Origin: a virus
Taxonomy: Duplodnaviria > Caudoviricetes
Strand: one strand, 5' to 3'
Virus record (IMG/VR): IMGVR_UViG_3300029288_004137
Coordinates: 32,001 to 96,000 of that record
DNA length: 64,000 nt
Below the pieces are notes generated by a model. That model did not search any database, was not told the DNA's origin, and saw only the letters and a program-made list of their open reading frames with translations. Of the stretch, positions 62,378-64,000 are shown in pieces. The position numbers and the translations under genes are program-made. Positions within the stretch are counted from its first letter, which is position 1; the number at the start of each line of letters is the position of its first letter.

Positions 62378-64000
62378 TTAACTCTTTTCGTTTGAAATTT
62401 CTATAAATCCTGCAACATTTATAAGTTGTAATGCAGCAGATACCGCATTAACAAGCGCAACATAAACAACTTTATATGGATCAACAATACCTTGCTTAAA
62501 CATATCAACAAATTCATTTCTTTCTATATCAAATCCATAATTTAAATGCTTTGAATTTGAATATTCTTTTTGAATTTTTTCAGAAATATACTCAACTGAA
62601 TATCCACCATTTTCTAGTATTTTTGAAAATGGCGCTTTCATTGCATCAAGCAAAATATTCATTCCTAATATAAAACTTTTACTATGTTTCTTATTCATCT
62701 TATATCGTGAAATCTCTTGTGAGATCTTATATAAGAATATTCCACCACCAGGAACTATCCCTTGCTCTTGTGCAGACATTACAGCACCAATAGCATCTTC
62801 AATTCTATATCTTTTTTCTGTTACTTCACCCTCCGTAACTCCCCCAACCTTAATAAGAATTACACCACTATTTAATCTTGTAAATCTCTCTTGTAAATGT
62901 TCAGATAAATATTCTGACTCTGTTTGTTGCAATAAATCTTTTATAAAATTTTTCCTTTCTTCAATCTTTTCTTCATTACCTTCTCCACCCACTATTAACG
63001 AAAATAAAGAAGATATCTCTATTCTTGATGCTTTTCCAAAGTCTTTCAAAGAAACGTTTTTAAAGAGCTCTTTTCCTAAACCCATGTTCATGTTGCTCTT
63101 TGAGAAAAAAGTAGCTCCTGTCGCAATTGCTAAGTCCTCAAGTATATCTTCTTTATACTCCCCATAACTGTTTAGTTTAACTGCTGCAACTTTCATACTT
63201 CCATTCATAGCATTAGCAATTAAACCTGCCAATGCTTGTTCAATTACATCACCAGCAACAATCAATAATGGTTTCTTATGACGAGCAGCAATTTCTAATA
63301 CTGGGAATAAATCTTCTATAGCAGAAATTGTTTCATCAGTTACAAATATTAAAGGTTCATTGTATTTAATAAGTTTTCTCTGTTGATCAGTACAAAATCT
63401 GGAAGATAAATATGTGCCTTTAAATTTAAATCCTTCTACAAAATCTATTACTGTTTCTGTTGTATTAGATTTCTCAACAGAAATCGTTCCGTCCTTTCCT
63501 GACTTTTCAATAGCAGTAGCAACTATAGTCCCTATGTCTTTGCTATTTCCTGATATAATTGCTACATCTTGAATATCTTGAAAAGAAGTTATATCTTTTA
63601 CATACTTTGTTTTTAACTTGCTTTCAATTTCATTTATAATGAAATCCATACCTTCTTTTAATTCTTTTAAAAGAACTTTATATCCAACACTGTTTATGCT
63701 TTTTTCTGCAAGATCATAAATTGATCCTGCTAAAACAGTTGCAGTGGTTGTACCATCCCCTGCTATAGAATTAGATCGTTCTGCTGCTTGTTTTATCAAC
63801 TTAGCACCAGCATTTCCTGCTATACCATTATAAGAAAAATGTCTTGCTACAGTGACACCATCTTTAGTCGAAAAGGGGATTTCTTCTTTGCCTGACCCTA
63901 TAAGAATAGTACGGCCAAACGGTCCCATAGTGGATGAAACCATCTCCACCAATTCTTTAACGGAATTCGATACTTCTTGTTTAAAATTTTTTCCAAAAAC
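62378..64000 (-). CDS. groEL: GroEL-like chaperonin (start lies beyond the window)
   Basis: TMGPFGR, TKDGVTVA, AGDGTTTAT, IVPGGG, GIVDP. Confidence 0.93.
   Translation of the reverse strand, partial: VFGKNFKQEVSNSVKELVEMVSSTMGPFGRTILIGSGKEEIPFSTKDGVTVARHFSYNGIAGNAGAKLIKQAAERSNSIAGDGTTTATVLAGSIYDLAEKSINSVGYKVLLKELKEGMDFIINEIESKLKTKYVKDITSFQDIQDVAIISGNSKDIGTIVATAIEKSGKDGTISVEKSNTTETVIDFVEGFKFKGTYLSSRFCTDQQRKLIKYNEPLIFVTDETISAIEDLFPVLEIAARHKKPLLIVAGDVIEQALAGLIANAMNGSMKVAAVKLNSYGEYKEDILEDLAIATGATFFSKSNMNMGLGKELFKNVSLKDFGKASRIEISSLFSLIVGGEGNEEKIEERKNFIKDLLQQTESEYLSEHLQERFTRLNSGVILIKVGGVTEGEVTEKRYRIEDAIGAVMSAQEQGIVPGGGIFLYKISQEISRYKMNKKHSKSFILGMNILLDAMKAPFSKILENGGYSVEYISEKIQKEYSNSKHLNYGFDIERNEFVDMFKQGIVDPYKVVYVALVNAVSAALQLINVAGFIEISNEKS

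Noticed and set aside
1-64000. Eukaryotic giant virus origin suggested by Mimivirus-like ankyrins
   Set aside because: Sigma70 promoters, SD sites, overlapping operons and bacterial-type tRNAs indicate a bacteriophage

Overview
Very AT-rich segment of a large (jumbo-type) bacteriophage genome, inferred from sigma70 promoters, Shine-Dalgarno sites, about 16 tRNA genes, GroEL and dense small ORFs. Layout: (1) 1-17.3 kb, + strand: tRNAs, a PTP-like phosphatase, a GGQ release-factor homolog, a MoxR-like AAA+ ATPase with a vWA/metallopeptidase partner, an SLT transglycosylase and about 19 tandem 30-aa-repeat ankyrin genes. (2) 17.4-19 kb: a convergent, mostly non-coding switch region with four sigma54-consensus sites and two IHF-consensus sites. 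(3) 17.5-42.4 kb, - strand: small gene cassettes, many behind a repeated TTGACA/TATGCT promoter, plus RtcB, a DEDDh exonuclease, an Rnl1-like ligase, a tRNA cluster (one tRNA-Leu split by a group I intron with an antisense HNH gene) and many long-stem non-coding elements. (4) 42.6-53.1 kb, + strand: Rnl2-like ligase, Dam-like methyltransferase and about 25 tandem Cys-rich small paralogs. (5) 53.1-64 kb, - strand: GNAT-like paralogs, a DHH/HAD fusion and GroEL. Best candidate for an undescribed system: a family of promoter-driven structured ncRNAs closed by 22-31 bp stems. Their stem mismatches are G-U wobbles on the transcribed strand, several follow boxA-like motifs or sit directly 5' of tRNAs, and two carry sense-strand pieces of the phage's own ankyrin gene family in their loops. 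All alignments and folds were done by eye; no searches were run.
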